From the NCBI GenBank assembly GCA_050742535.1, contig JBOGIQ010000002.1, positions 1,575 through 65,574 of the forward strand: a DNA stretch of 64,000 bases. Direction: 5' to 3'. Source of the DNA: Vicinamibacterales bacterium. Its GTDB lineage: Bacteria > Acidobacteriota > Vicinamibacteria > Vicinamibacterales > UBA2999. The position numbers and the translations under genes were made by a program. Position 1 is the stretch's first letter. Each line of letters opens with the position of its first letter. The notes below the pieces were generated by a model. That model made no database searches. It was given only the letters and a program-made list of their open reading frames with translations, and was not told the origin of the DNA. Shown here piece after piece: positions 13,325 to 21,907 of the stretch.

Positions 13325-13648
13325 ATGCCGCTGTACGAGTACGAGTGCGACGCCTGCGGCGGCCGCTTCGAGGTGATTCAGAAGTTCTCCGAAACGACCG
13401 AGACCTGCCGGCGCTGCGGCAAGGGTCCGGTTCGCCGGCTGATGTCGTCGCCGGCCATTCAGTTCAAGGGCAGCGGCTGGTACATCACCGACTACGCGCA
13501 GAAGGGCAAGTCCGGCGGCGAATCGTCCTCCGGCTCCGATGCGCCGGCGGAAAAGAAACCCGATTCCACCAAAGCTGACGCGTCGACAAAGTCGGACGCC
13601 GCCGCGACGTCCTCGGCGTCTTCGTCGACGACGCCATCGAAAGATTAG
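13325..13648 (+). CDS. FmdB-family zinc-ribbon protein with Ser/Ala/Thr-rich tail
   Basis: MPLYEYECDACGGRFEVIQKFSE..CRRCG (CxxC...CxxC) starting at the ATG at 13325. Only the last 108 codons of the 329-aa track ORF (12659-13648) are believable. The stop overlaps the convergent galU stop (TTAG). Confidence 0.8.
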   Translation: MPLYEYECDACGGRFEVIQKFSETTETCRRCGKGPVRRLMSSPAIQFKGSGWYITDYAQKGKSGGESSSGSDAPAEKKPDSTKADASTKSDAAATSSASSSTTPSKD

Positions 13649-14553
13649 AGCGCGGGCGTTTTCAGGTCGTGGACGCGCTCGAGGTATTCGCGGAACGGGC
13701 CGGCGAGCTCCGGACGTTTCAGCGCGAAATAGACAAGCGCCTTCAGGAAGCCGAGCTTGCTGCCCGTGTCGTGCCGGACGCCGTTGATCTCGACAGCGTA
13801 AATCGGCCGCTTCTTCAGCAGTTGACGAAGGCCGTTCGTCAATTGGATCTCGCCCGTACGATCTGCCGAGATCGATTCGAGCTCTGAAAAGATATCCGGC
13901 GTGAGCACGTAGCGGCCGATGATTGCCAGATTCGACGGCGCCTCGTCGACACGGGGCTTCTCGACCATGTCGGTGATTCGATGCACGCCGTGGCCGAGAT
14001 CCGCCGTATCGTCGACGGCGACGATGCCGTAGCTGGGAACATCCTCGCGGGCGACGCGTTCAACCGCAATCACCGGTCCCTGCAGCCGCTCGTACACGTC
14101 GATCATCTGTCGGAGCGCCGGCGGCGTCGCGTCCATCACGTCGTCACCGAGGATGACCGCGAACGGCTCGTCGCCGACGAGCGGTTTCGTGACCAGCACG
14201 GCGTGCCCGAGGCCCAGCGGCTCGCCCTGGCGGACGTATGACACCTGGATGAGCGACGTGATCTGGCGGATTTCAGCGAGCTGCGACTTCTTGCCGCGCT
14301 GCTCCAGGAAGCTCTCGAGCTCCACGTTCACGTCGAAGTGATCCTCGATCGCGTTCTTCCCCCTGCCAGTGACGATGATGATGTTGCTGACGCCGGATTG
14401 AACGGCTTCCTCGACACCGTACTGGATGACCGGTTTGTCGACGAGAACGAGCATCTCTTTCGGCTGCGCCTTCGTCGCCGGAAGGAATCTCGTCCCGAGC
14501 CCGGCGGCGGGGAACACCGCCTTCCGCACAGGAGGCACGCTCATGATCGGCAT
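13645..14553 (-). CDS. galU: UTP--glucose-1-phosphate uridylyltransferase
   Basis: 302 aa. KAVFPAAGLGTRFLPATKAQPKEML signature and VEKP motif. Confidence 0.93.
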   Translation of the reverse strand: MPIMSVPPVRKAVFPAAGLGTRFLPATKAQPKEMLVLVDKPVIQYGVEEAVQSGVSNIIIVTGRGKNAIEDHFDVNVELESFLEQRGKKSQLAEIRQITSLIQVSYVRQGEPLGLGHAVLVTKPLVGDEPFAVILGDDVMDATPPALRQMIDVYERLQGPVIAVERVAREDVPSYGIVAVDDTADLGHGVHRITDMVEKPRVDEAPSNLAIIGRYVLTPDIFSELESISADRTGEIQLTNGLRQLLKKRPIYAVEINGVRHDTGSKLGFLKALVYFALKRPELAGPFREYLERVHDLKTPAL

Positions 14554-14577
14554 GGTATCTCAAGCTAAACTTGCTTC

Positions 14578-15864
14578 GTGATTGATCCAGCGCTGCTTCG
14601 CGAGAAGCCTGACGCCGTTCGATCCGGACTCGGCAAGCGCGGCGCCGATCTGTCGACCGAGCTGGAAGAACTGGCGACGCTCGAGACGGCGCGCCGCCGC
14701 CTGCTTCCGGAGGTCGAGGGACTGAAGCGGCAGCAGAACGCCGCCGGCGACGAGGTGGCGCGCGCGAAGCGTCAGGGCCTCGACATCACCGGAATTCAGG
14801 CCGCGAGCCGTGCACGGAACCAGCAGATCAAGCAGCTGAGCGTCGAGCTCGACGTCATCGAGAAGCGGCGCGACCGCGGGCTGCTGAACCTGCCGAACAT
14901 TCCCCACGACAGCGTGCCGGTGGGGAAGAGCAGCGCCGACAACGTCGAGATCCATCGCCGCGGAACCCCGCGGAACTTCGACTTCACGCCGCAGGCGCAC
15001 TGGGACCTCGGACCGGCGCTTGGCATCATCGACTTCGAGCGCGGGACCAAGATCGCTGCCGCGCGGTTTTCCGTGCTGGTGCGCGACGGCGCGGCGCTCG
15101 CACGCGCGCTCATCAACTTCATGCTCCACCTGCACACGACGGAGCACGGCTACACGGAGATCGAGCCGCCGTTCCTCATCAACACCGCGTCGCTGACCGG
15201 CACCGGCAACCTGCCGAAGTTCGAGGCGGATCTGTTCAAGATTGCAGGCGAGTGGGACCTTTATCTGGTACCCACCGCCGAAGTGCCGCTGACGAACATG
15301 CATCGCGGCGAGATCCTCGACGGCCGCACGCTGCCGATTCGCTACACGGCGTATACACCCTGCTTCCGCAGCGAGGCCGGCTCGTACGGCGCCGACGTGC
15401 GCGGACTGATTCGGCAGCACCAGTTCGACAAGGTGGAGCTGATGGCCTTTTCACCGCCGGACACGTCGTACGACGAGCTGGAGCGCCTCACCTCCAATGC
15501 CGAAGAGGTCCTGAACCGGCTCGAACTGCCGTATCGGCGCGTGCTCCTGTGCAGCGGCGATATGGGGTTTGCCTCGGCAAAGACCTATGACCTCGAAGTG
15601 TGGCTGCCCGGGCAGAACACGTATCGCGAGATCTCGTCCTGCAGCAACACGGAGGCGTTCCAGGCGCGGCGCGCGAACATCAAGTTCCGTTCCGAGGGGA
15701 CCGGTAAGGCCGAGTTCGTCCACACGCTGAACGGCTCCGGCCTGGCCGTTGGCCGCACGCTCATCGCGATTCTCGAGAACTACCAGCAGGCGGATGGTTC
15801 GGTCGTGATCCCCGATGCGCTGCGCCCGTTCATGAACGGCGCGACGGTGATTCGCCGGCCCTAA
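14578..15864 (+). CDS. serS: Seryl-tRNA synthetase
   Basis: 428 aa. N-terminal coiled-coil arm and class II core ([38 protein letters not shown]). Confidence 0.96.
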   Translation: MIDPALLREKPDAVRSGLGKRGADLSTELEELATLETARRRLLPEVEGLKRQQNAAGDEVARAKRQGLDITGIQAASRARNQQIKQLSVELDVIEKRRDRGLLNLPNIPHDSVPVGKSSADNVEIHRRGTPRNFDFTPQAHWDLGPALGIIDFERGTKIAAARFSVLVRDGAALARALINFMLHLHTTEHGYTEIEPPFLINTASLTGTGNLPKFEADLFKIAGEWDLYLVPTAEVPLTNMHRGEILDGRTLPIRYTAYTPCFRSEAGSYGADVRGLIRQHQFDKVELMAFSPPDTSYDELERLTSNAEEVLNRLELPYRRVLLCSGDMGFASAKTYDLEVWLPGQNTYREISSCSNTEAFQARRANIKFRSEGTGKAEFVHTLNGSGLAVGRTLIAILENYQQADGSVVIPDALRPFMNGATVIRRP

Positions 15865-15938
15865 CCACGAAGATCGCGAAGGACGCGACGACCACGAAGA
15901 ACTTCTCTAATTCGGGTACGATCAAAGGACCAGACCGC

Positions 15939-16028
15939 GGAGGGATGGCCGAGCGGTTGATGGCGGCGGTCTTGAAAACCGTTGTACCCGAAAGGGTATC
16001 GGGGGTTCGAATCCCTCTCCCTCCGCCA
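15939..16028 (+). tRNA. tRNA-Ser (anticodon UGA), CCA encoded
   Basis: Manual cloverleaf. Acceptor GGAGGGA/TCCCTCC. Anticodon stem GCGGT/ACCGT with loop CT-TGA-AA. Long variable arm (TGTACCCGAAAGGGTATC) typical of class II tRNA-Ser. T arm GGGGG-TTCGAAT-CCCTC. Discriminator G followed by CCA. Confidence 0.93.
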
Positions 16029-16164
16029 GCCTTCGCTCACCTGGATTACGGAGTGAGCTTCGGCTCGGCAGGCCGGTCGAAGCGAGCGACGAGTCAGATT
16101 ATGCGAAGGCGATCACGCCGTAGCCCCCGTAGCGGGCGGAGGCGGACCGCCGAGAAGCCACGAG

Positions 16165-16740
16165 ATGCCCTCACACCTTGAAGCAATCGAAATCAAACGC
16201 AAGATGTACTTCGAGCACGAAGGGGCGCCGTACCACTGCCTCGACGTCGAGGTCTCGAAGCCGACGGCGCGGGGAGGCCAGACGCTCGTCCGCCTGAAGA
16301 TGCGCAACCTGCTGACGCGGGCGGTCTTCGACAAGACCTTCAAGGCCGGCGAGAAGTTCAAGGAGCCCGATCTCGCCCGCGTCGAGGCGATCTACCAGTA
16401 CGCCGACGGCGACGGATTTTACTTCATGGATCAGGAGAGCTTCGAGACGCTCACGCTGCGTCCGGACATGGTCGGCGACGACGGAGATCTGCTGGTTGAC
16501 GATCTGATCGTCCAGATCAACAAGTTCAACGGCAACCCGATCGGGCTGCAGCTGCCGCCGCTGGTCGAGATGATTATCAAGGAGACCGAGCCGGGAACGC
16601 GCGGAGACACGGCAAGCGGAACCGTTACGAAGGTGGCACGCACCGACACCGGCTTGGAAATCCGCGTGCCGCTGTTCATCAAGGAAGGGGAGCGGGTCCG
16701 TGTGCACACCGAAACGCGGGAGTTCGCGGGCCGTGCGTAG
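16165..16740 (+). CDS. efpL: Elongation factor P-like protein (EfpL/YeiP type)
   Basis: 191 aa. The loop SKPTARGGQTLVRLKMR matches the E. coli YeiP SPTARGAATLYKMR rather than the EF-P KPGKGQA loop. The C-terminus RVHTETREFAGRA is YeiP-like (RIHIEERRYMGRA). Confidence 0.85.
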   Translation: MPSHLEAIEIKRKMYFEHEGAPYHCLDVEVSKPTARGGQTLVRLKMRNLLTRAVFDKTFKAGEKFKEPDLARVEAIYQYADGDGFYFMDQESFETLTLRPDMVGDDGDLLVDDLIVQINKFNGNPIGLQLPPLVEMIIKETEPGTRGDTASGTVTKVARTDTGLEIRVPLFIKEGERVRVHTETREFAGRA

Positions 16741-17371
16741 CGACGTCGTGCGACTGTACGCCGTCGTTGGTGTCGCTCTGGCTACGGCAACCGTGATCGC
16801 TGGACAGAGCCGGCTGGCGGATCCCTCGAAGCTTATCGAGACCGCTCCCGAGGTCTATCGTGCTCGCTTCGACACCAGCAAAGGCCCGTTCGTCATCGAA
16901 GCGCATCGCGAATGGGCGCCCCTCGGCGCCGACCGCTTCTACAACCTTGTAAGGAACGGCTTTTACGACGGCACGCGCTTCTTCAGGGTGCGTCCGGGAT
17001 TCATGGCGCAGTTCGGCCTGAATGGCGATCCAAATGTTCAGGTTGCCTGGCAGCGCGCCAGCCTTCGTGATGAACCACCGATGAAGAGCAACACGCGCGG
17101 CTTTGTCTCCTTCGCCAAGGAGAGCCTGCCGAACACGCGTTTCACCCAGATCTTCATTAACTACGCGGACAACAGCTATCTCGACGAACAGGGCTTTGCG
17201 CCGTTCGGGCAGGTCGTCACCGGCATGGAGATCGTGGACAAACTGTTTGGTCCCGCTCGCGAAAACGAGCCGGATCAGCGGCGGATCCTGCGCGAGGGAA
17301 ACGAATACCTGAAGGAGTTTCCGCAGCTCGACTTCGTCAAGAAGGCGTCGATCGTCCCGTCTCCAAAGTAG
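16700..17371 (+). CDS. Peptidyl-prolyl cis-trans isomerase, cyclophilin type, secreted
   Basis: FYDGTRFFRVRPGFMAQFG and a cyclophilin-like core. The real start is probably GTG at 16733 or 16748, which gives the signal peptide (M)RLYAVVGVALATATVIAGQS, since 16700 overlaps efpL by 41 nt. Confidence 0.85.
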   Translation: MCTPKRGSSRAVRSDVVRLYAVVGVALATATVIAGQSRLADPSKLIETAPEVYRARFDTSKGPFVIEAHREWAPLGADRFYNLVRNGFYDGTRFFRVRPGFMAQFGLNGDPNVQVAWQRASLRDEPPMKSNTRGFVSFAKESLPNTRFTQIFINYADNSYLDEQGFAPFGQVVTGMEIVDKLFGPARENEPDQRRILREGNEYLKEFPQLDFVKKASIVPSPK

Positions 17372-17407
17372 GCGTCCACGACGTCCGCAATTACCAGCGC
17401 AGCGCGC

Positions 17408-17437
17408 TTGACACCTTGTCCCGGTTCGTGGATAAGA
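17408..17437 (+). promoter_or_regulatory. Candidate sigma70-type promoter upstream of the actA-like operon
   Basis: TTGACA (17408-17413), 18-nt spacer, TGg-ATAAGA (17429-17437). The cgtgg(a/t)a..at block is shared with the candidate promoter at 44163-44191. About 130 nt upstream of the TTG start at 17571. Motif reading only. Confidence 0.3.
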
Positions 17438-17570
17438 TTGCCGCGCTCTAATCGACAGCTTTTCGGTTCCTCCGACGAATCTTTTTTGGGACGCGCGGAT
17501 CGGCATCAGGGGCCCGGGGTGGACTCGTTGTCCGGGGCAACTGTCCACCGGCACCCCGGAGCCGTAGCCG

Positions 17571-18218
17571 TTGGCCCAAATTTTTCCCCCTTGGTGGAAC
17601 AAACTTCCGATCGTGGCGGCCGTCGTGGTCGTTCTCGGTCCCACACTCGCCACCGCGGGCGTCTGGTACTACTTTTCTCCGTGGTACACCGACGTCGGCT
17701 ACCGTCCCGTTCAGCCGGTCCCGTACAGCCATAAGCTCCACGTCGGCGAGCTTGGTCTCGATTGCCGGTACTGTCACGCCTCGGTTGAGACGTCTCCCGT
17801 CGTGAACCTCCCGCCGACGCGAACCTGCATGAACTGCCATCAGACCGTGATGAGGGACAGCGAGACGCTCGCGCCTATTCGGTCAAGCGCGCAGAGCGGA
17901 CGACCGATGCGCTGGATTCGGGTACACAACCTTCCCGACTACGCCTATTTCGCACACAACGCGCACGTGGCGGCGGGAATTGGCTGTGTCAGCTGCCACG
18001 GCCGCGTCGACGAGATGGAAGTGGTCACGCAGATGACGCCCCTCAGCATGAGCTGGTGCCTCGACTGCCATCGCAACCCCAGTCCGCAGAGACGGCCTGT
18101 CTCCGAGGTGACCAATATGAAGTGGACACCTCCGCGGGACGTCCAGACGCTCGCGGCGCGGCTCGACCGTGAACGACCGGTCAACCCGCCGACTGATTGT
18201 TCGGGGTGCCACCGGTGA
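17571..18218 (+). CDS. actA: ACIII ActA-like pentahaem cytochrome c (copy 1)
   Basis: Five CxxCH motifs (CRYCH, CMNCH, CVSCH, CLDCH, CSGCH) and an N-terminal TM. The TTG start is supported by alignment of (M)AQIFPP with the paralog MPQIFRR at 44274. Shared blocks: DCRYCH.SVETSP, PPT.TCMNCH, RP.RWIRVH.LPD. Confidence 0.9.
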   Translation: MAQIFPPWWNKLPIVAAVVVVLGPTLATAGVWYYFSPWYTDVGYRPVQPVPYSHKLHVGELGLDCRYCHASVETSPVVNLPPTRTCMNCHQTVMRDSETLAPIRSSAQSGRPMRWIRVHNLPDYAYFAHNAHVAAGIGCVSCHGRVDEMEVVTQMTPLSMSWCLDCHRNPSPQRRPVSEVTNMKWTPPRDVQTLAARLDRERPVNPPTDCSGCHR

Positions 18219-21217
18219 GTCGGACCTATTGGCGCAGCCTCGAGCAGATCGACGAACGCCCCGAATTCCGCACTTTTTTCGAGCGCGAGTTCCAGGAGGG
18301 TGCCTCGGAGCTTCCCGAAGGAATCACCCGGCGCGACATGATGATGCTCCTGGGCGCGTCGTTGTCGCTCGCCGGGCTCGCGGGGTGCCGGCGCCCCGCC
18401 GAAGAAATTGTTCCCTACGTCACGGCCCCTGAGGAGATCGTTCCTGGGATCCCCCGACAGTACGCGACGACCATGCCGTTCCGCCGGAGCGCTTACGGCC
18501 TGATCGTCGAGAGCCACGAAGGACGACCGACCAAGATCGAGGGCAATCCCTCGCATCCGTCGACCATGGGTGCCTCCAGCTCGCGCGTCCAGGCATCCGT
18601 ACTCGGCCTGTACGATCCCGACCGCTCGCAATCGGTCAGGTTGCGGGGCACGCGGAAGTCCTGGGACGAATTCGTGAAGGCGTGGGAGGAGCTCGCCAAA
18701 GCTCATGCTGCGGATGGCGGCGCCGGCCTTGCCGTCCTCTCAGAGTCCTTTTCTTCTCCCACGCTGGCGCGCCTGGTCTCCGAGCTTCGTGCCCGCTACC
18801 CTCGCTTGCAGTGGGCGACCTACGACGCCGTCAGCGACGAGAGCCGACTGGCGGGACTGCGGTCCGCCACGGGGCGCGACCTCGATGTGATGCTGCGGTT
18901 CGATCGAGCCGCGGTGATTCTCGCCCTCGACGCCGACCCGCTGCTCACCGACCCGGAGATGATCCGTCACGCGCGAGGTTTCGCGGAGGGAAGGCGCGCG
19001 GGAACCTCCGGTGGCGAGATGAATCGACTGTACGCGGTTGAAGGGGTCTACTCGCTGACAGGGGCGATGGCGGATCATCGGCTCCGTCTCGAGAGCCGGC
19101 AGATCGCCCCCTTTGTCGCGGCGCTCGCCGCGCGCCTTGCTCTGCCCGAAGCCGCGAGCCTGGCGGGAGCTGGCGTCCCGGGTCCGGACTCACGCTGGAT
19201 CGACGTCCTTGCCAAGGACCTTCTGGCGAACCGCGGCAAGAGTCTCATCGTGGCCGGGGAGCGCCAGCCCGCGGCCGTCCACGCCGCCGTGTGCGCCTTG
19301 AACACGTACCTCGGTAACGCAGGTAAGACGGTCAGCTATTACGAGACGAAGGACGCGGCGCTTCCGAGCGTGAGCTCGTTGAATGCGCTGGTTTCCGCGA
19401 TGAAGGGCGGCACGATCCAGACGCTCGTCGTCCTGGGCGGCAATCCTGTATTCGATGCCCCTGTCGATCTCGACTTCGCCTCGGCCATGGCGAAGGTTCC
19501 TCACTCAATCGTGCTCGGACACTCGGTCGACGAAACATCCTCCAGGGCGGAGTGGCATCTCCCGCGCGCTCACTATCTCGAGTCATGGGGAGACGCGCGC
19601 GCCGTTGGTGGCACGCTCAGCATCGTCCAGCCGCTCATCCTCCCGCTGTTCGGCGGACGAACCGCCGTTGAAGTGCTCGGGCTGATGGTCGCAGGCAAGG
19701 ATCGTCCAGGCTACGACATCGTGCGTGAGACCTGGAAACCGATCCTGGGCGACGGGTTCGACAGGAAGTGGAACCGCGTCCTGCATGACGGATTGCTGTC
19801 CGGCAGCGAGCTTCCGGAAGTTGTCCCCGATCTCACTGCGCAGTCGCTGGTGGAGCTTTCGCGCCTGATCGAGGCGGGACCGCCGCGTGGCCTGGAGATC
19901 GTGTTCCTCGCCTCTCCGTCGCTTCACGATGGCCGATTCGCCAACGACGGGTGGCTGCAGGAGCTTCCCGATCCCCTCACCAAGCTGACCTGGGACAACC
20001 CCGCCCTCGTCAGCCCGAAGACCGCCGAAACGTCCGGCCTTGCGGGCGGGGATTTGATCCGTCTCGACTACGCGGGCCGCTCGCTCGAACTCCCTGTCTG
20101 GATCGTTCCCGGCATGGCGGACGGCGTGGTGGCCCTCACGCTTGGCTATGGCCGTCAGCGCGCGGGGCGGGTCGGGTCCGGGGTGGGGTTCGACACGTTC
20201 ACTGTCCGGTCCTCCCGTGCGCCTGGCTTCGATAGCGACGTCAGACTTGCCAGGGTCGGGCGCACGTATCCGCTCTCGGCGACCCAGAACCACGGCAGCA
20301 TGGAGGGGCGACCCCTCGTTCGCGAGTCGACTCTCGCCGAGCTTCAATCGAAATCTGCTGCCGGCGCGGAGCGGGGCGAGAGCGAGCATGCGGGGGAGTC
20401 GAAAGGGGGAGGAATCCCCAGCCCGATCGGAGTCTTCGAAGAGGAAGCCCCACACTTCTCCCTCTGGAAGGAGCACACCTACGATCAGGGACACCAGTGG
20501 GGAATGACGATCGACTTGAACGCCTGCATCGGCTGCAACGCGTGCATGACGGCGTGTCAGAGCGAGAACAACGTGCCGGTCGTTGGGAAGAGGCAGGTCG
20601 CAAAGGGACGCGAGATGCACTGGATCCGGGTCGACCGGTACTTCTCCGGCGAGCCGTCGGGCCCTGAGGTCGTCTTCCAGCCCGTTCCCTGCATGCAGTG
20701 CGAGGATGCCCCTTGCGAACAGGTCTGTCCGGTCGCTGCGACCGTTCACGACGGGCAGGGCCTCAACGTGATGGTCTACAACCGGTGCATCGGAACCCGC
20801 TACTGCTCGAACAACTGTCCCTACAAGGTGCGCCGCTTCAATTTCTTCAACCTCACGAAGGACACGCCCGGCATCCTCAAGCTCGCGATGAACCCGGACG
20901 TCACGGTTCGTGCGCGAGGCGTGATGGAGAAGTGCACGTACTGCACGCAAAGGATCAATCGCACGAAGATCGATGCGAAGCTCGCGGGGCGCGAGCTTCG
21001 TGACGGCGACGTGAAAACGGCATGCCAGCAGGCGTGTCCCGCCTCGGCTATAGAGTTCGGAAATCTGCGGGACCAATCGAGCCGGGTCGTGAAGGCGAAG
21101 GCCGATCCACGCAACTACGCCCTCCTCGACGAGTTGAACACGAAGCCTCGGACGACGTATCTGGCCAAGGTGCGCAACCCGAATCCGGAGCTCGAGGAAG
21201 AGAGGCCCGTTGCATGA
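18215..21217 (+). CDS. actB: ACIII ActB-like subunit (molybdopterin-oxidoreductase-like domain fused to a 4-cluster ferredoxin domain), Tat leader (copy 1)
   Basis: Twin-arginine leader ITRRDMMMLLGASLSLAGLAGC. C-terminal FeS Cys clusters CIGCNACMTAC, CMQCEDAPCEQVCP, CIGTRYCSNNCP, CTYC...CQQACP. Collinear with the paralog at 44941. The start is taken as GTG 18215 (GTGA overlap with the actA stop); TTG 18197 is the alternative. Confidence 0.9.
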   Translation: MSRTYWRSLEQIDERPEFRTFFEREFQEGASELPEGITRRDMMMLLGASLSLAGLAGCRRPAEEIVPYVTAPEEIVPGIPRQYATTMPFRRSAYGLIVESHEGRPTKIEGNPSHPSTMGASSSRVQASVLGLYDPDRSQSVRLRGTRKSWDEFVKAWEELAKAHAADGGAGLAVLSESFSSPTLARLVSELRARYPRLQWATYDAVSDESRLAGLRSATGRDLDVMLRFDRAAVILALDADPLLTDPEMIRHARGFAEGRRAGTSGGEMNRLYAVEGVYSLTGAMADHRLRLESRQIAPFVAALAARLALPEAASLAGAGVPGPDSRWIDVLAKDLLANRGKSLIVAGERQPAAVHAAVCALNTYLGNAGKTVSYYETKDAALPSVSSLNALVSAMKGGTIQTLVVLGGNPVFDAPVDLDFASAMAKVPHSIVLGHSVDETSSRAEWHLPRAHYLESWGDARAVGGTLSIVQPLILPLFGGRTAVEVLGLMVAGKDRPGYDIVRETWKPILGDGFDRKWNRVLHDGLLSGSELPEVVPDLTAQSLVELSRLIEAGPPRGLEIVFLASPSLHDGRFANDGWLQELPDPLTKLTWDNPALVSPKTAETSGLAGGDLIRLDYAGRSLELPVWIVPGMADGVVALTLGYGRQRAGRVGSGVGFDTFTVRSSRAPGFDSDVRLARVGRTYPLSATQNHGSMEGRPLVRESTLAELQSKSAAGAERGESEHAGESKGGGIPSPIGVFEEEAPHFSLWKEHTYDQGHQWGMTIDLNACIGCNACMTACQSENNVPVVGKRQVAKGREMHWIRVDRYFSGEPSGPEVVFQPVPCMQCEDAPCEQVCPVAATVHDGQGLNVMVYNRCIGTRYCSNNCPYKVRRFNFFNLTKDTPGILKLAMNPDVTVRARGVMEKCTYCTQRINRTKIDAKLAGRELRDGDVKTACQQACPASAIEFGNLRDQSSRVVKAKADPRNYALLDELNTKPRTTYLAKVRNPNPELEEERPVA

Positions 21218-21897
21218 TCGCCCGCTCACGGGGTGTGCTGGGCGTGTTTATGCTCATCTCGCTTGTCGCCGTCAGCGGCTGCGTGCGCGGCTGCACGTCA
21301 AGCCGCCCTCCCATCCATCTCAACCCGAGCATGGACGACCAGCCGAAGGTCCGCCCGCAGGCGGCCAGCGATTTCTTCTACAACGGAGCGTCGATGCGAG
21401 AGCCCGTTCCGGGAACAATCCCGATCGGCGGGCTTCGGGAGGACGAGCCCTTCTTTACAGGCAAAGGAGCGGACGGCCAGTTCGTCGCGATGAGTCCCGT
21501 AGCCGTGGACGAGGCGCTTGTCGAGCGCGGCCGCCAGAGATACGGGATCTATTGCCAGCCTTGCCACGACGCTCGAGGGGACGGGAAGGGGATTCTGTTT
21601 CAGCGAGGCAACGTTCCCACCGCCACCTTCCACCAGGACAAGGTGCTGAAGTACCCGGACGGGCAAATCTTCGACGTCATCACGAACGGGGTAGGACTGA
21701 TGTCCGGGTACCGCTGGCCGATCCCTCCCGCGGACAGGTGGGCAATCGTCGCCTACGTGCGAACGATGCAGCGCGATCGGCAGGCACGCGCCGCGAGCGC
21801 ATCCGCCTCCGCTCCGGCTCCCGCCTCCGCTCCAGCTACGGCGGACAAGCCGGCGGACACGCCCGCCCCGCCTCCGCCGCCCAGCGGCGGCAAATGA
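21214..21897 (+). CDS. actE: ACIII ActE-like monohaem lipoprotein cytochrome c (copy 1)
   Basis: ATG at 21214 (ATGA overlap with the actB stop). Lipobox LVAVSGC, a single CQPCH, and DRWAIVAYVR, matching the paralog at 50031 (CAPCH, DRWAIAAYIR). Pro/Ala-rich tail. Confidence 0.85.
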   Translation: MIARSRGVLGVFMLISLVAVSGCVRGCTSSRPPIHLNPSMDDQPKVRPQAASDFFYNGASMREPVPGTIPIGGLREDEPFFTGKGADGQFVAMSPVAVDEALVERGRQRYGIYCQPCHDARGDGKGILFQRGNVPTATFHQDKVLKYPDGQIFDVITNGVGLMSGYRWPIPPADRWAIVAYVRTMQRDRQARAASASASAPAPASAPATADKPADTPAPPPPPSGGK

Positions 21898-21907
21898 GGC
21901 ACGCGCC

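Noticed and set aside
15945-16181. 78-aa ORF overlapping the tRNA-Ser
   Set aside because: It begins inside the tRNA gene. The tRNA cloverleaf fully explains the sequence, and the ORF is Arg/Ser-rich.
18215-21217. Idea that the ActB-like protein plus the EB_dh protein form an active type II molybdoenzyme (Nxr/Ebd-like)
   Set aside because: After the Tat leader I see no N-terminal Cys/His FS0 cluster motif typical of catalytic type II DMSO-reductase alpha subunits. The protein is collinear with the canonical, cofactor-less ActB paralog. The idea cannot be excluded without alignment but is unsupported.
19583-21229. 548-aa minus-strand ORF antisense to the actB-like gene (and similar ones at 46900-48039, 40143-41591, 48042-48809, 49127-49975, 54236-55078, 55094-55885)
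   Set aside because: All mirror respiratory genes with clear motifs on the other strand. Their Arg/Gly/Pro/Asp-rich composition marks them as high-GC artefacts.
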